From Trichlorobacter lovleyi SZ (GTDB lineage: Bacteria > Desulfobacterota > Desulfuromonadia > Geobacterales > Pseudopelobacteraceae): a DNA stretch of 32,000 nucleotides. The translations under genes were made by a program, and so were the position numbers. This document shows, piece after piece, positions 8,601 to 15,885 of the stretch (position 1 is its first letter; each line of letters opens with the position of its first letter). A model generated the notes under the pieces. It saw only the letters and a program-made list of their open reading frames with translations, made no database searches and was not told the DNA's origin. The DNA lies in NCBI RefSeq assembly GCF_000020385.1, contig NC_010814.1, positions 3,210,001 through 3,242,000 of the forward strand, in the 5' to 3' direction.

Positions 8601-9080
8601 ATGAAAAAGCTGACTCTTGTGCTTGCCTCGGCGCTGCTGCTCTCGCTGCCCGGTTTACCTGCTGCCGTGCATGCCGACAGTACTCTACCAGACGACCGGT
8701 TTGCCCTCAAGGGATTGAAGCAGGCCCATGCCATCTTTGATGTCCGCCTGGCAGAGCTGGACAAGTTGCTGTTTAACCTGAAACTGATCAAGGAGACCTG
8801 GGAAGGGATCAACAGCCAGAAGGTCAAACCGACTCTGATTGTTTCCCTGCGGGGACCGGCAGTTAAACTGTTTACACAGGATCAGGCGGTGCCGGAGCTG
8901 AAGGAACTGCTGACTGACCTGAAACAGAAAGGGATCAGGATTGAAATCTGCAGTGTGGCCACCCGGATCTTCAAGGTTGATAACAGACAACTGCTGCCTG
9001 ACCTGATTCTTGTGGGCAATGTCCTGACCTCACAGATTGCCTGGCAGAACAAGGGGTATGCCTTGATCACCCTCAACTGA
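8601..9080 (+). CDS. DsrE/DsrF-like family protein with an N-terminal signal peptide
   Basis: ATG at 8601 follows AAGGGGGA. The signal peptide is MKKLTLVLASALLLSLPGLPAAVHA. The DsrE-like core includes IRIEICSVA, with the conserved Cys position. Confidence 0.6.
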   Translation: MKKLTLVLASALLLSLPGLPAAVHADSTLPDDRFALKGLKQAHAIFDVRLAELDKLLFNLKLIKETWEGINSQKVKPTLIVSLRGPAVKLFTQDQAVPELKELLTDLKQKGIRIEICSVATRIFKVDNRQLLPDLILVGNVLTSQIAWQNKGYALITLN

Positions 9081-9617
9081 CCCTTGCCTCCAGAGTTTGT
9101 CGTAGCGGTTATGCCTGATCTTGCTGTAGTCCAGCTGACCGGCTGCCAGGGCGCGGCGTTTTTCTGCCGGATAGCCAATACCGATGATCGCTTCAACTCT
9201 GATCTGCGGCGGCAACCCCAGCAGCTTCTGTACAAACTGCTCTGCAGTCATCTGTTTATCATGCTGACGTTGCCGTATCTGCGCCCAGCAACTGCCCAGC
9301 CCCAGTGACTGGGCCGTCATCTGGAGCAGAATGGCAGCGATTGAGCAGTCTTCCACCCAGACATCCGACCTGGTCTGATCGGCACAGATCACAACCGCCA
9401 GTGCGGCCCCCTTCAGAAAGCCGGAACCATGCTGCTTGGCGGTTGACAATCCGGCCAGCAGCTCACCATCATCCACCAGCACAAACTCCCACGGATTGAT
9501 ACCGCGGGATGTCGGTGCCCGCAACAGTGCCTCCATCAGCAGCTCAACCTGCTTCGTCTCAAGTACCTGCCCGGTAAAGCTGCGGATACTACGCCGTTTG
9601 CGGATCAGTTCAATCAC
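9030..9617 (-). CDS. Nitroreductase-family protein
   Basis: IELIRKRRSIRSF is a typical nitroreductase N-terminus, and PWEFVLV and GLGSCW motifs follow. The preferred start is GTG 9617, which has GGGGAG 6 nt upstream and overlaps the ADH stop as GTGATTGA. ATG 9647 is an alternative. The track start at 9785 lies inside the ADH gene. Confidence 0.8.
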   Translation of the reverse strand: MIELIRKRRSIRSFTGQVLETKQVELLMEALLRAPTSRGINPWEFVLVDDGELLAGLSTAKQHGSGFLKGAALAVVICADQTRSDVWVEDCSIAAILLQMTAQSLGLGSCWAQIRQRQHDKQMTAEQFVQKLLGLPPQIRVEAIIGIGYPAEKRRALAAGQLDYSKIRHNRYDKLWRQGSVEGDQGIPLVLPGNL

Positions 9618-10653
9618 CTCTGGCTCCCCTCTTCCTGATCTGTTCATCAACCAGCAATACCCCGGCCCCTTCCAGCTGCCCTGAACGCAGCGCTGCAAGG
9701 GCCTCGTTGGCCTGTTCCAACCTGAAGGCCGTGACTTCGGTCCGGACCGGCACCTGCGGCGCCAGTGCCAGGAACTCCTCACCATCCTGGCGGGTCAGGT
9801 TGGCCACCGAGACCAGCGAACGTTCTCCCCACAGCAGATCGTAGGAAAAAGATGGGATGGCGCTCATATGGATACCGCCGCAGACCACCCGGCCGCCTTT
9901 GCGCACCGCCTGCAGGGCAGCAGGCACCAGCTCTCCGGCCGGAGCAAAGATGATGGCACTGTCCAGCTCCTGCGGAGGCCTGTCAAAGGAACCGCCGGCC
10001 CAGCAGGCCCCCATCCGGCGGGCAAAGGCCTGCCCGGCCAGGTCCCCGGGCCGGGTAAAGGCATAGACCTGCCGCCCCTGCCAGACCGCCACCTGGGTCA
10101 CAATATGCGCTGCTGCGCCAAAGCCGTAGATCCCCAGTTGCCTGCCCTCCCCCGCCATCCGCAGCGAGCGGTAGCCGATCAGTCCGGCGCACAGGAGCGG
10201 GGCCACCTGCAGATCGGGATAGCCGTCCGGCAGCGGGAAACAGAACCGTGCGTCAGCAAGGCAGTACCCGGCAAACCCGCCGTTGATCTGGTAGCCGGTA
10301 AACACGGCATGATCGCACAGATTTTCCTGACCGCCCAGACAATAACGGCAGCTTCCGCAGGTTCCCCCCAGCCAGGGAACACCGACCCGCTGGCTAATGA
10401 CCCCTCCGTTTACCCCGGCCCCGCAACGGGCCACCCTGCCAACAATCTGATGCCCCGGCACCAACGGCAGCTGCGGCTCTGTCAATTCGCCGTCCACAAT
10501 ATGCAGATCCGTGCGGCAGATGCCGCATGCCGTCACCTCCAGCAGCAGCTGTCCGGCACCCGGCTGCGGCACGTCAAGCTCCCGCAACTCAAGGGGGGCA
10601 CCCGGCCGGCTCAAGACCATGGCCAGCATTTTCGGCGCCAGCTCAGGCAGCAT
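9610..10653 (-). CDS. Zinc-dependent alcohol dehydrogenase family protein
   Basis: GICRTDLH, GHQIVGRV, the structural-zinc motif CGSCRYCLGGQENLC and the nucleotide-binding GIYGFGAAAH are present. The start at 10653 has AGAGG 6 nt upstream and overlaps the ald stop by 11 nt. ATG 10629 is an alternative. Confidence 0.9.
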   Translation of the reverse strand: MLPELAPKMLAMVLSRPGAPLELRELDVPQPGAGQLLLEVTACGICRTDLHIVDGELTEPQLPLVPGHQIVGRVARCGAGVNGGVISQRVGVPWLGGTCGSCRYCLGGQENLCDHAVFTGYQINGGFAGYCLADARFCFPLPDGYPDLQVAPLLCAGLIGYRSLRMAGEGRQLGIYGFGAAAHIVTQVAVWQGRQVYAFTRPGDLAGQAFARRMGACWAGGSFDRPPQELDSAIIFAPAGELVPAALQAVRKGGRVVCGGIHMSAIPSFSYDLLWGERSLVSVANLTRQDGEEFLALAPQVPVRTEVTAFRLEQANEALAALRSGQLEGAGVLLVDEQIRKRGARGD

Positions 10654-11749
10654 GATCAGCCTCTGCAGGTGACTCAGCCAGAGAAGCCGCCAGCCCGGGA
10701 TGCATGACCATGCCGGCCTTGATATTCAGCGCAGAGGCGAGTTCCGGCGACACCTGAACGGCCTGTTCGCCCCCCAATTGTGCCAGCAGACGGATGTAGG
10801 GCAGGGTTGCATTGGTCAAGGCCAGCGTAGATGTCCTGGGATAGGCGCCCGGCATGTTGGCCACGCAGTAATGGATGATGCCCTCAACGGCATAGACCGG
10901 CGCCTCGTGGGTGGTGGGACGGCTGCTCTCCGCACAGCCCCCCTGATCAATGGAGACATCCACAATCACCGCCCCCGGCTTCATCAGGGACAGCATGGCG
11001 CGACTGATAAGCAGCGGAGTTCTGCCGCCGGTGGCATACAGGGCACCGACCACCAGGTCAGCCTGAGCAAGTTCATCCAGCAGACTCTTGTCAGACAGCA
11101 GCGCGGTTGCCACCCGGCCGTCAAACATACGGAAAATGGCGTCTAAACGTTCGCTGCCACGATTGAGTACCACCGTCTCCATGCCGATCCCGAGAGCTAT
11201 TTTTGCGGCACCGGCCCCCACGATGCCGGCCCCCAGGATCAGGGTCCGGGCTGCCTGGACCCCCGGGGCGCCGCATGGCAGCAGACCGTTCCCTCCCTGC
11301 GGCCGCTGCAGATAGTAGCAGCCCATTAACGGTGCCATCCTTCCGGCGATCTCGCTCATCGGCTCAAGCAACGGCTTGCGGCCAGCCTTTTCAAGGGTCT
11401 CGTAGGCAAAGGCGGTAACCTGTCGTTCCAGCAGATGGTGGGTCAGCGTCCGGTTGGGCGCCAGGTGCAGGTAGGTGAACAGCATCTGCCCCGGTCTGAG
11501 CAGGTCATATTCAGCCGGCAGCGGTTCTTTGACCTTGACCAGCAGCTCCGCCTGTTCAAACAGGATGTTCCGCTCCACCAGCTGCCCGCCTGCCAGCCGG
11601 TATTCCTCATCACTGAAGCCACTGCCGGCACCGGCCCCTTGCTCCACCAGGATCTGATGTCCGTCGCCGCGCAGTTGCTGCACCCCCTGCGGAGTCAGTG
11701 CGACACGGTACTCATGGGCCTTGATCTCACGTGCTACGCCAACTCGCAT
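10643..11749 (-). CDS. ald: Alanine dehydrogenase
   Basis: Full-length colinear pattern MRVGVAREIKAHEYRVALTP..., MSEIAGR, ILGAGIVGAGAAKIA, DVSIDQGG, HYCVANMPGA. SD AGGAGG lies upstream of the ATG. Confidence 0.93.
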   Translation of the reverse strand: MRVGVAREIKAHEYRVALTPQGVQQLRGDGHQILVEQGAGAGSGFSDEEYRLAGGQLVERNILFEQAELLVKVKEPLPAEYDLLRPGQMLFTYLHLAPNRTLTHHLLERQVTAFAYETLEKAGRKPLLEPMSEIAGRMAPLMGCYYLQRPQGGNGLLPCGAPGVQAARTLILGAGIVGAGAAKIALGIGMETVVLNRGSERLDAIFRMFDGRVATALLSDKSLLDELAQADLVVGALYATGGRTPLLISRAMLSLMKPGAVIVDVSIDQGGCAESSRPTTHEAPVYAVEGIIHYCVANMPGAYPRTSTLALTNATLPYIRLLAQLGGEQAVQVSPELASALNIKAGMVMHPGLAASLAESPAEADHAA

Positions 11750-12010
11750 TAGCCGCCTCCTGTCGTCCCGGGCCAGAACAGTATCTTTTCTGCAAGTCTA
11801 ACAGTCCCGGCATCGATGTCAAACAGCTGCGCCATGTTCCAGAAAACCAAAAAATATTCGACCACACAAGATTGTTTTACTTAAAATCAACATCTCTCTA
11901 TGCGTGATTTATGCAGAAAGTTCTTGCCCTCTTTGTCGCGCAACTTGTTGCAAAAACGCCACAATTCAATATTCAATATATTTAACTTATCGTATTTACA
12001 GCATTTTTTC

Positions 12011-12024
12011 TTGACTTAGGTCAA
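12011..12024 (+). promoter_or_regulatory. CRP/FNR-family type binding box upstream of ompW
   Basis: Perfect 5-4-5 inverted repeat TTGAC-TTAG-GTCAA, one position per half-site away from the FNR consensus TTGAT-N4-ATCAA. It lies 100-113 nt upstream of the ompW ATG in an AT-rich region. Confidence 0.45.
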
Positions 12025-12123
12025 AAACAGGACTAATTCCCACACAAAAAGACATGAAATATCTTTTTGGACCTTTTGGGGAGCAGGACTCCCCTTACTT
12101 CGCATGAAAGGCAGGACGACAAG

Positions 12124-12732
12124 ATGAAAAAATGGTGTGGCGTAGCAGCAGCGGCAGCGGTGTTGGTAATGGGGGCAGGTCAGCTTGCACAGGCAGCCGA
12201 TGATTACAAGTCATTCGGCGTGCGGATGCGGGCCATCTACGTGAAACCGGACGAGTCGTTTGATTCCAAGTTGAGCGCCCTGCAACCAAAGGTGAGTGAT
12301 GACATCATCCCGGAACTTGACCTTGAGTACTTTTTCACCAAGAACTTCTCTGCTGAACTGATTGCGGGCGTAACCCGCAACGACATCAAACTGAATAACG
12401 GCTTTGCCGGTTCCACCTGGCTGCTCCCCCCCACCCTGACCGTCAAGTATCACCCCCTGGCCGGCTCCACCATCAGCCCCTATGTCGGCGTTGGTCTGAA
12501 CGTGATTTTCCCCTTCAACTCCAAACTGAACGGAGTTAACGACTTCCAGATCGACAACAGCGTCGGCTGGGCGGTCCAGGCCGGTACCGACCTCAAGATT
12601 TCCGACAGTCTCTACTTCAACATCGACTACAAGTACCTGAACGCCGACACCAAGGCTACTATCGCAGGCACCAAGTACAAGCTCGATCTGAATCCCCACC
12701 TGATCGGTATTGGTGTTGGCTACCGCTTCTAA
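12124..12732 (+). CDS. ompW: OmpW-family outer-membrane beta-barrel protein
   Basis: ATG at 12124. The signal peptide is MKKWCGVAAAAAVLVMGAGQLAQA. OmpW-like alternating strands are present, with the terminal GIGVGYRF. Confidence 0.88.
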   Translation: MKKWCGVAAAAAVLVMGAGQLAQAADDYKSFGVRMRAIYVKPDESFDSKLSALQPKVSDDIIPELDLEYFFTKNFSAELIAGVTRNDIKLNNGFAGSTWLLPPTLTVKYHPLAGSTISPYVGVGLNVIFPFNSKLNGVNDFQIDNSVGWAVQAGTDLKISDSLYFNIDYKYLNADTKATIAGTKYKLDLNPHLIGIGVGYRF

Positions 12733-12753
12733 GCAGCCGGCATCCAACAGAGA

Positions 12754-12788
12754 GGTCAAAGGGTACTTCTCCGCCCTTTGACCTCTTC
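12754..12788 (+). terminator. Putative ompW terminator hairpin
   Basis: 10-bp stem GGTCAAAGGG (12754-12763) / CCCTTTGACC (12774-12783) with a 10-nt loop, followed by TCTTC. The U-tract is weak. Confidence 0.5.
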
Positions 12789-12822
12789 AACGCATCACCC
12801 GCGTCTTACCTGAGGTGCTCAC

Positions 12823-13857
12823 ATGGGCAGTCATAGCAATCTGGACGAAGCGATTGAAATTTCATCCGGTGTTTACTGGGTTGGTGCCGGTACCAAGACC
12901 TTCCTGAGCAGAAACAGCTTCCTCAGGGTCTATGAGGGCAACAAAGCAACCGGCACCCTGCTGATTGATCCGGGGCCAACCAGCGATTTTGTCAGCCTCT
13001 CCCACAAAGTCTCCTCCATACTGCCCGGCGGACTGGCAAGCATCAACCTGGCGTTCATCAATCACCAGGACCCGGATGTGGTCGGGGTGCTGCCCAAGCT
13101 GTACGCCATGAACAGGAAACTGAATATTATCGCCACCGAGGACACCTGGCGCCTGGTCAGTCTCAACGGACTCGCCTCAGTCCGTTTCCGCTCGATTGAT
13201 CAGGTCCAGGAACAACGGCTGGTCCTTCCCACCGGTCACAAACTCCAGTTCATCCCGACCCCCTACTGCCATTTCAGGGGGGCCAGCATGATTTATGACC
13301 TGGAATCACGGATACTTTTCACCGGCGATTTTTTAGGCGGGGTTGAAGCATCCGGCTTGATTGCAACCCAGGAAAACTGGGCCGGCATCAAGGCCTTTCA
13401 TCAACTCTACATGCCGTCAAACGAGGCCATCAAGCTTGCCGTTAAAAAGATCAGGGCCCTTGAACCGGCACCACTGACCCTGGCTCCCCAGCATGGCGGC
13501 CTTATCAAGGGTGATCTGATCGAGCTGGTTCTGGAAAGGATCAGCGAACTGCCGGTGGGACTGGATATTGTCACCTCGCTCAATGACAGGCTGCCGGCCC
13601 TGATTGCCGGACTGAACGATGTGCTGGTGGCGGTCAAAGAGACCATGGGAGAGTACAAGGTCGACAGGATTCTGAGAGATTTCAAACCGGAAGGGGAATA
13701 CCCGTCCCTGATCACCCTGGGACGCGACGGTCTGGTGAAGGATATCAAGGGTGATCCGTTTGAGGCAATCAATGCACTGCTGAACACCTTTATGGATTCG
13801 GCCACGGAAAAACAGCAGAAACTGTTACGTCCCATGTTCAACCTGTTGATGCTGTAA
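12823..13857 (+). CDS. Metallo-beta-lactamase-fold protein of the flavodiiron/ODP-like di-iron type, without a flavodoxin domain
   Basis: N-terminal SGVYWVGA is like flavodiiron proteins. Candidate ligands are H81-Q-D83-P-D85, H150, D169 and H224. A roughly 115-aa helical C-terminal extension follows. SD GAGGTG lies 5 nt upstream. Confidence 0.65.
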   Translation: MGSHSNLDEAIEISSGVYWVGAGTKTFLSRNSFLRVYEGNKATGTLLIDPGPTSDFVSLSHKVSSILPGGLASINLAFINHQDPDVVGVLPKLYAMNRKLNIIATEDTWRLVSLNGLASVRFRSIDQVQEQRLVLPTGHKLQFIPTPYCHFRGASMIYDLESRILFTGDFLGGVEASGLIATQENWAGIKAFHQLYMPSNEAIKLAVKKIRALEPAPLTLAPQHGGLIKGDLIELVLERISELPVGLDIVTSLNDRLPALIAGLNDVLVAVKETMGEYKVDRILRDFKPEGEYPSLITLGRDGLVKDIKGDPFEAINALLNTFMDSATEKQQKLLRPMFNLLML

Positions 13858-13913
13858 CCGGATACCTGCCAGATTACTGTCTCATAACAATCTGATGCCG
13901 TCCGGTATCCGGT
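13857..13913. terminator. Nested hairpin filling the convergent gap between the MBL-fold and DTW genes
   Basis: Outer 10-bp arms ACCGGATACC (13857-13866) / GGTATCCGGT (13904-13913). Inner stem CAGATT (13870-13875) / AATCTG (13889-13894). There is no U-tract. Confidence 0.35.
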
Positions 13914-14440
13914 CAGGACGGATTCTCGCAACAGGCCGCCTCACCCTCCTTTTGAACGGCCCTGATCGCCTTGAAGGGCCGCATGTACGCCAGAAAGATC
14001 TCTTCAAGCCGGTCTGCCATGACAGCGTGACCTGTTGCGCGCAGGATCTCAATCACCGATTCTGCAGTACACAATCCGGACGCCTTCTGATTTTTCCTGA
14101 GGTTGTAGCGTGACTTTCCGGCCGGTTTCAAACTGATCCGGCGCACCTGTTGCAGGTACGGACTGCGCTGGTGGATCTTGCGGGCTTCGTGCCAGGTACT
14201 GTCAATTATGATAAACTGATTGATGCCGGTCAGATCTGCCTCTTCTTCATCAGCACCACCGGGATAGAGCAACGCCACCCCACCGGATGAAATCTCATCC
14301 AGCAGCCCCGCCGGCGGCTTCAGACGATCCCAGCAGATCTGCTCAGCCGCCGGGCCCAACACCTCCAACACCAGACGACCGGTATTTGATTTTTTAGATA
14401 TTTCCTTAAAATGTGTCAATAAGGTTATTTTCAGCTGCAT
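13913..14440 (-). CDS. DTW-domain protein (tRNA-uridine aminocarboxypropyltransferase family)
   Basis: The eponymous motif IIIDSTWHEARK is present, with SGLCTAESV downstream. Confidence 0.8.
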   Translation of the reverse strand: MQLKITLLTHFKEISKKSNTGRLVLEVLGPAAEQICWDRLKPPAGLLDEISSGGVALLYPGGADEEEADLTGINQFIIIDSTWHEARKIHQRSPYLQQVRRISLKPAGKSRYNLRKNQKASGLCTAESVIEILRATGHAVMADRLEEIFLAYMRPFKAIRAVQKEGEAACCENPS

Positions 14441-14520
14441 CGGCTCCTGTTTCCCTTTGGCTGTTTTTTCAGTATACTAACATGCTGTTTGCCAGAACCT
14501 ATACCAAGAAGGTAGCATCA

Positions 14521-15207
14521 ATGGCCAGATGTTCTAACTGTAAAGCCCCTTTGGCTCCTGGTTCCCTGCTCTGTGCCTACTGCGGAAACCGCACGGATGT
14601 TGACCTGAAAGGGATTCATTACTACACCACCCACGAAAACGACACCCCGCGCAGGTGCCCCCGCTGTGACATCAAGCTCAAAACCCTGGATCTTAAGCTG
14701 AACGGGCGATTCTTGATCGATCGTTGCGAAGAGTGCCTGGGAATATTCTTTGACCCCGGTGAGCTTGAGGCACTGCTTGAGGCAACCGTCAAACATGTTG
14801 CCGGTATTGATCGTGCCGGCCTGGAGGCCATCAACGAAAAGCGGGAGCCAAACCAGTACCCGATCGCCTATATCAAGTGTCCGGTCTGTTCACAGTTGAT
14901 GCACCGGGTTAATTTTGGTGCCAGGAGCGGTGTTATTGTGGACCGCTGCAAGGAACACGGTCTCTGGCTGGATGGTGGCGAGCTGCGTCAGTTGTTTGAG
15001 TGGATGAAGCTGGGCGGACAGCTGCTTGAGCAACAGCGACAGGAGCAGCAGCGCAAGGAGGCTGACCAGCGGGAAAAGGAACAACGTCAGAAGCTCAAGG
15101 GCTACGAAGACGAGCCTTCGGCGTTTGGCAGTTTCAGTGAACCACTGCGCAGTTCCGACCCGGACCTGTTCGAAATCATCATCAAGGCGTTCAGGTTTCT
15201 GATCTGA
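14521..15207 (+). CDS. Zinc-ribbon protein with two TFIIB-type zinc-finger modules and a C-terminal coiled coil
   Basis: ATG at 14521 follows GAAGG. The N-terminal ribbon is CSNC...CAYC. Two repeats follow the pattern CPxC...DRCxxxG(I/L)(F/W)xDxGEL (CPRC...DRCEECLGIFFDPGEL and CPVC...DRCKEHGLWLDGGEL). A Gln/Arg/Glu-rich segment QQRQEQQRKEADQREKEQRQK follows. Confidence 0.7.
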   Translation: MARCSNCKAPLAPGSLLCAYCGNRTDVDLKGIHYYTTHENDTPRRCPRCDIKLKTLDLKLNGRFLIDRCEECLGIFFDPGELEALLEATVKHVAGIDRAGLEAINEKREPNQYPIAYIKCPVCSQLMHRVNFGARSGVIVDRCKEHGLWLDGGELRQLFEWMKLGGQLLEQQRQEQQRKEADQREKEQRQKLKGYEDEPSAFGSFSEPLRSSDPDLFEIIIKAFRFLI

Positions 15208-15266
15208 GCGATTTCCGGGGCGTGACCGGCAAGCAGGTATTTATTTTTAATTATTGAAGGTATCGA

Positions 15267-15296
15267 TTGACTTTACCGGAAGAAGACTGTTAGTGT
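15267..15296 (+). promoter_or_regulatory. Candidate sigma-70 promoter for cspA
   Basis: TTGACT (15267-15272), an 18-nt spacer, then TAGTGT (15291-15296) preceded by TGT. It would give a leader of about 57 nt. Confidence 0.35.
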
Positions 15297-15359
15297 GAAT
15301 AATATATTTCAGCATCACGCTGAACACAACAACAGGAAGCATCAGGAGAAGGTACACAA

Positions 15360-15560
15360 ATGGTAAACGGAACAGTAAAATGGTTCAACGACAGCAAGGG
15401 TTTTGGTTTTCTTGAGCAGGAGAACGGCGAAGACGTATTTTGCCATTTTTCCGCTATCACAGGTGAAGGATTCAAATCCCTTGCTGAAGGCGATAGAGTT
15501 ACCTTTGAAGTAACCAAAGGCCCTAAAGGTCTGCAGGCTTCAAACGTAACCAGAATTTAA
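15360..15560 (+). CDS. cspA: Cold-shock protein (CspA family)
   Basis: 66 aa, [20 protein letters not shown]...VFCHFSAI, with RNP1 and RNP2 motifs. SD AGGAGAAGG. Confidence 0.97.
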   Translation: MVNGTVKWFNDSKGFGFLEQENGEDVFCHFSAITGEGFKSLAEGDRVTFEVTKGPKGLQASNVTRI

Positions 15561-15582
15561 GCTTTAGCAAATGTAGTTTTAT

Positions 15583-15612
15583 GAGCCCCGGGATATCCTC
15601 GGGGCTTTTTTT
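15583..15612 (+). terminator. Rho-independent terminator of cspA
   Basis: GAGCCCCG (15583-15590), loop, CGGGGCT, followed by TTTTTTT. Confidence 0.85.
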
Positions 15613-15700
15613 GTACTGCTATCCCCCGGACAGAAAAGATTCCGGTGCCGGCCACCTTCGTTTATCCGGTCAACATTCCCCGCCGACAGGAGCACTAACC

Positions 15701-15850
15701 ATGGCAAAACCTAATTTTCAGTTTCAAAAACGTCAGAAGGAGCTGGAGCGCAAAAAAAAGAACGATGAAAAACTGCAGCGCAAGCTTGCAAAAAACAACC
15801 CCGCTGATACTGACGCTGCTGAAGAGCAGGTGGAGGAAGCGGCAGAATAA
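15701..15850 (+). CDS. Hypothetical 49-aa charge-bipolar small protein
   Basis: The in-frame ATG at 15701 lies 9 nt after AGGAG. The sequence is MAKPNFQFQKRQKELERKKKNDEKLQRKLAKNNPADTDAAEEQVEEAAE. The longer track ORF (15581) would read through the cspA terminator hairpin. Confidence 0.5.
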   Translation: MAKPNFQFQKRQKELERKKKNDEKLQRKLAKNNPADTDAAEEQVEEAAE

Positions 15851-15885
15851 CGCCGCCAGCTTCCTCCCCTGCCCCTCTTTCAGTG

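Noticed and set aside
9868-10707. A 279-aa plus-strand ORF.
   Set aside because: It is antisense to the Zn-ADH and the ald 3' end. The product is rich in Pro, Arg, Gln and Gly and looks like nonsense.
11815-12020. Two small plus-strand ORFs in the ald-ompW intergenic region: 22 codons from about 11815 and 39 codons from about 11901.
   Set aside because: They have no SD and an AT-rich, low-complexity sequence. They overlap the likely promoter elements.
12067-12123. The upstream TTG start for ompW, and similar long-start variants at 8556, 14413, 20126, 29193 and 9785.
   Set aside because: The extensions lack an SD and would bury the signal peptides or run into neighbouring genes. Internal ATG or GTG starts with an SD give canonical N-termini.
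15581-15700. The N-terminal 40 codons of the 89-aa track ORF.
   Set aside because: This part is translated from the cspA terminator hairpin and U-tract. The internal ATG at 15701 has a proper SD.
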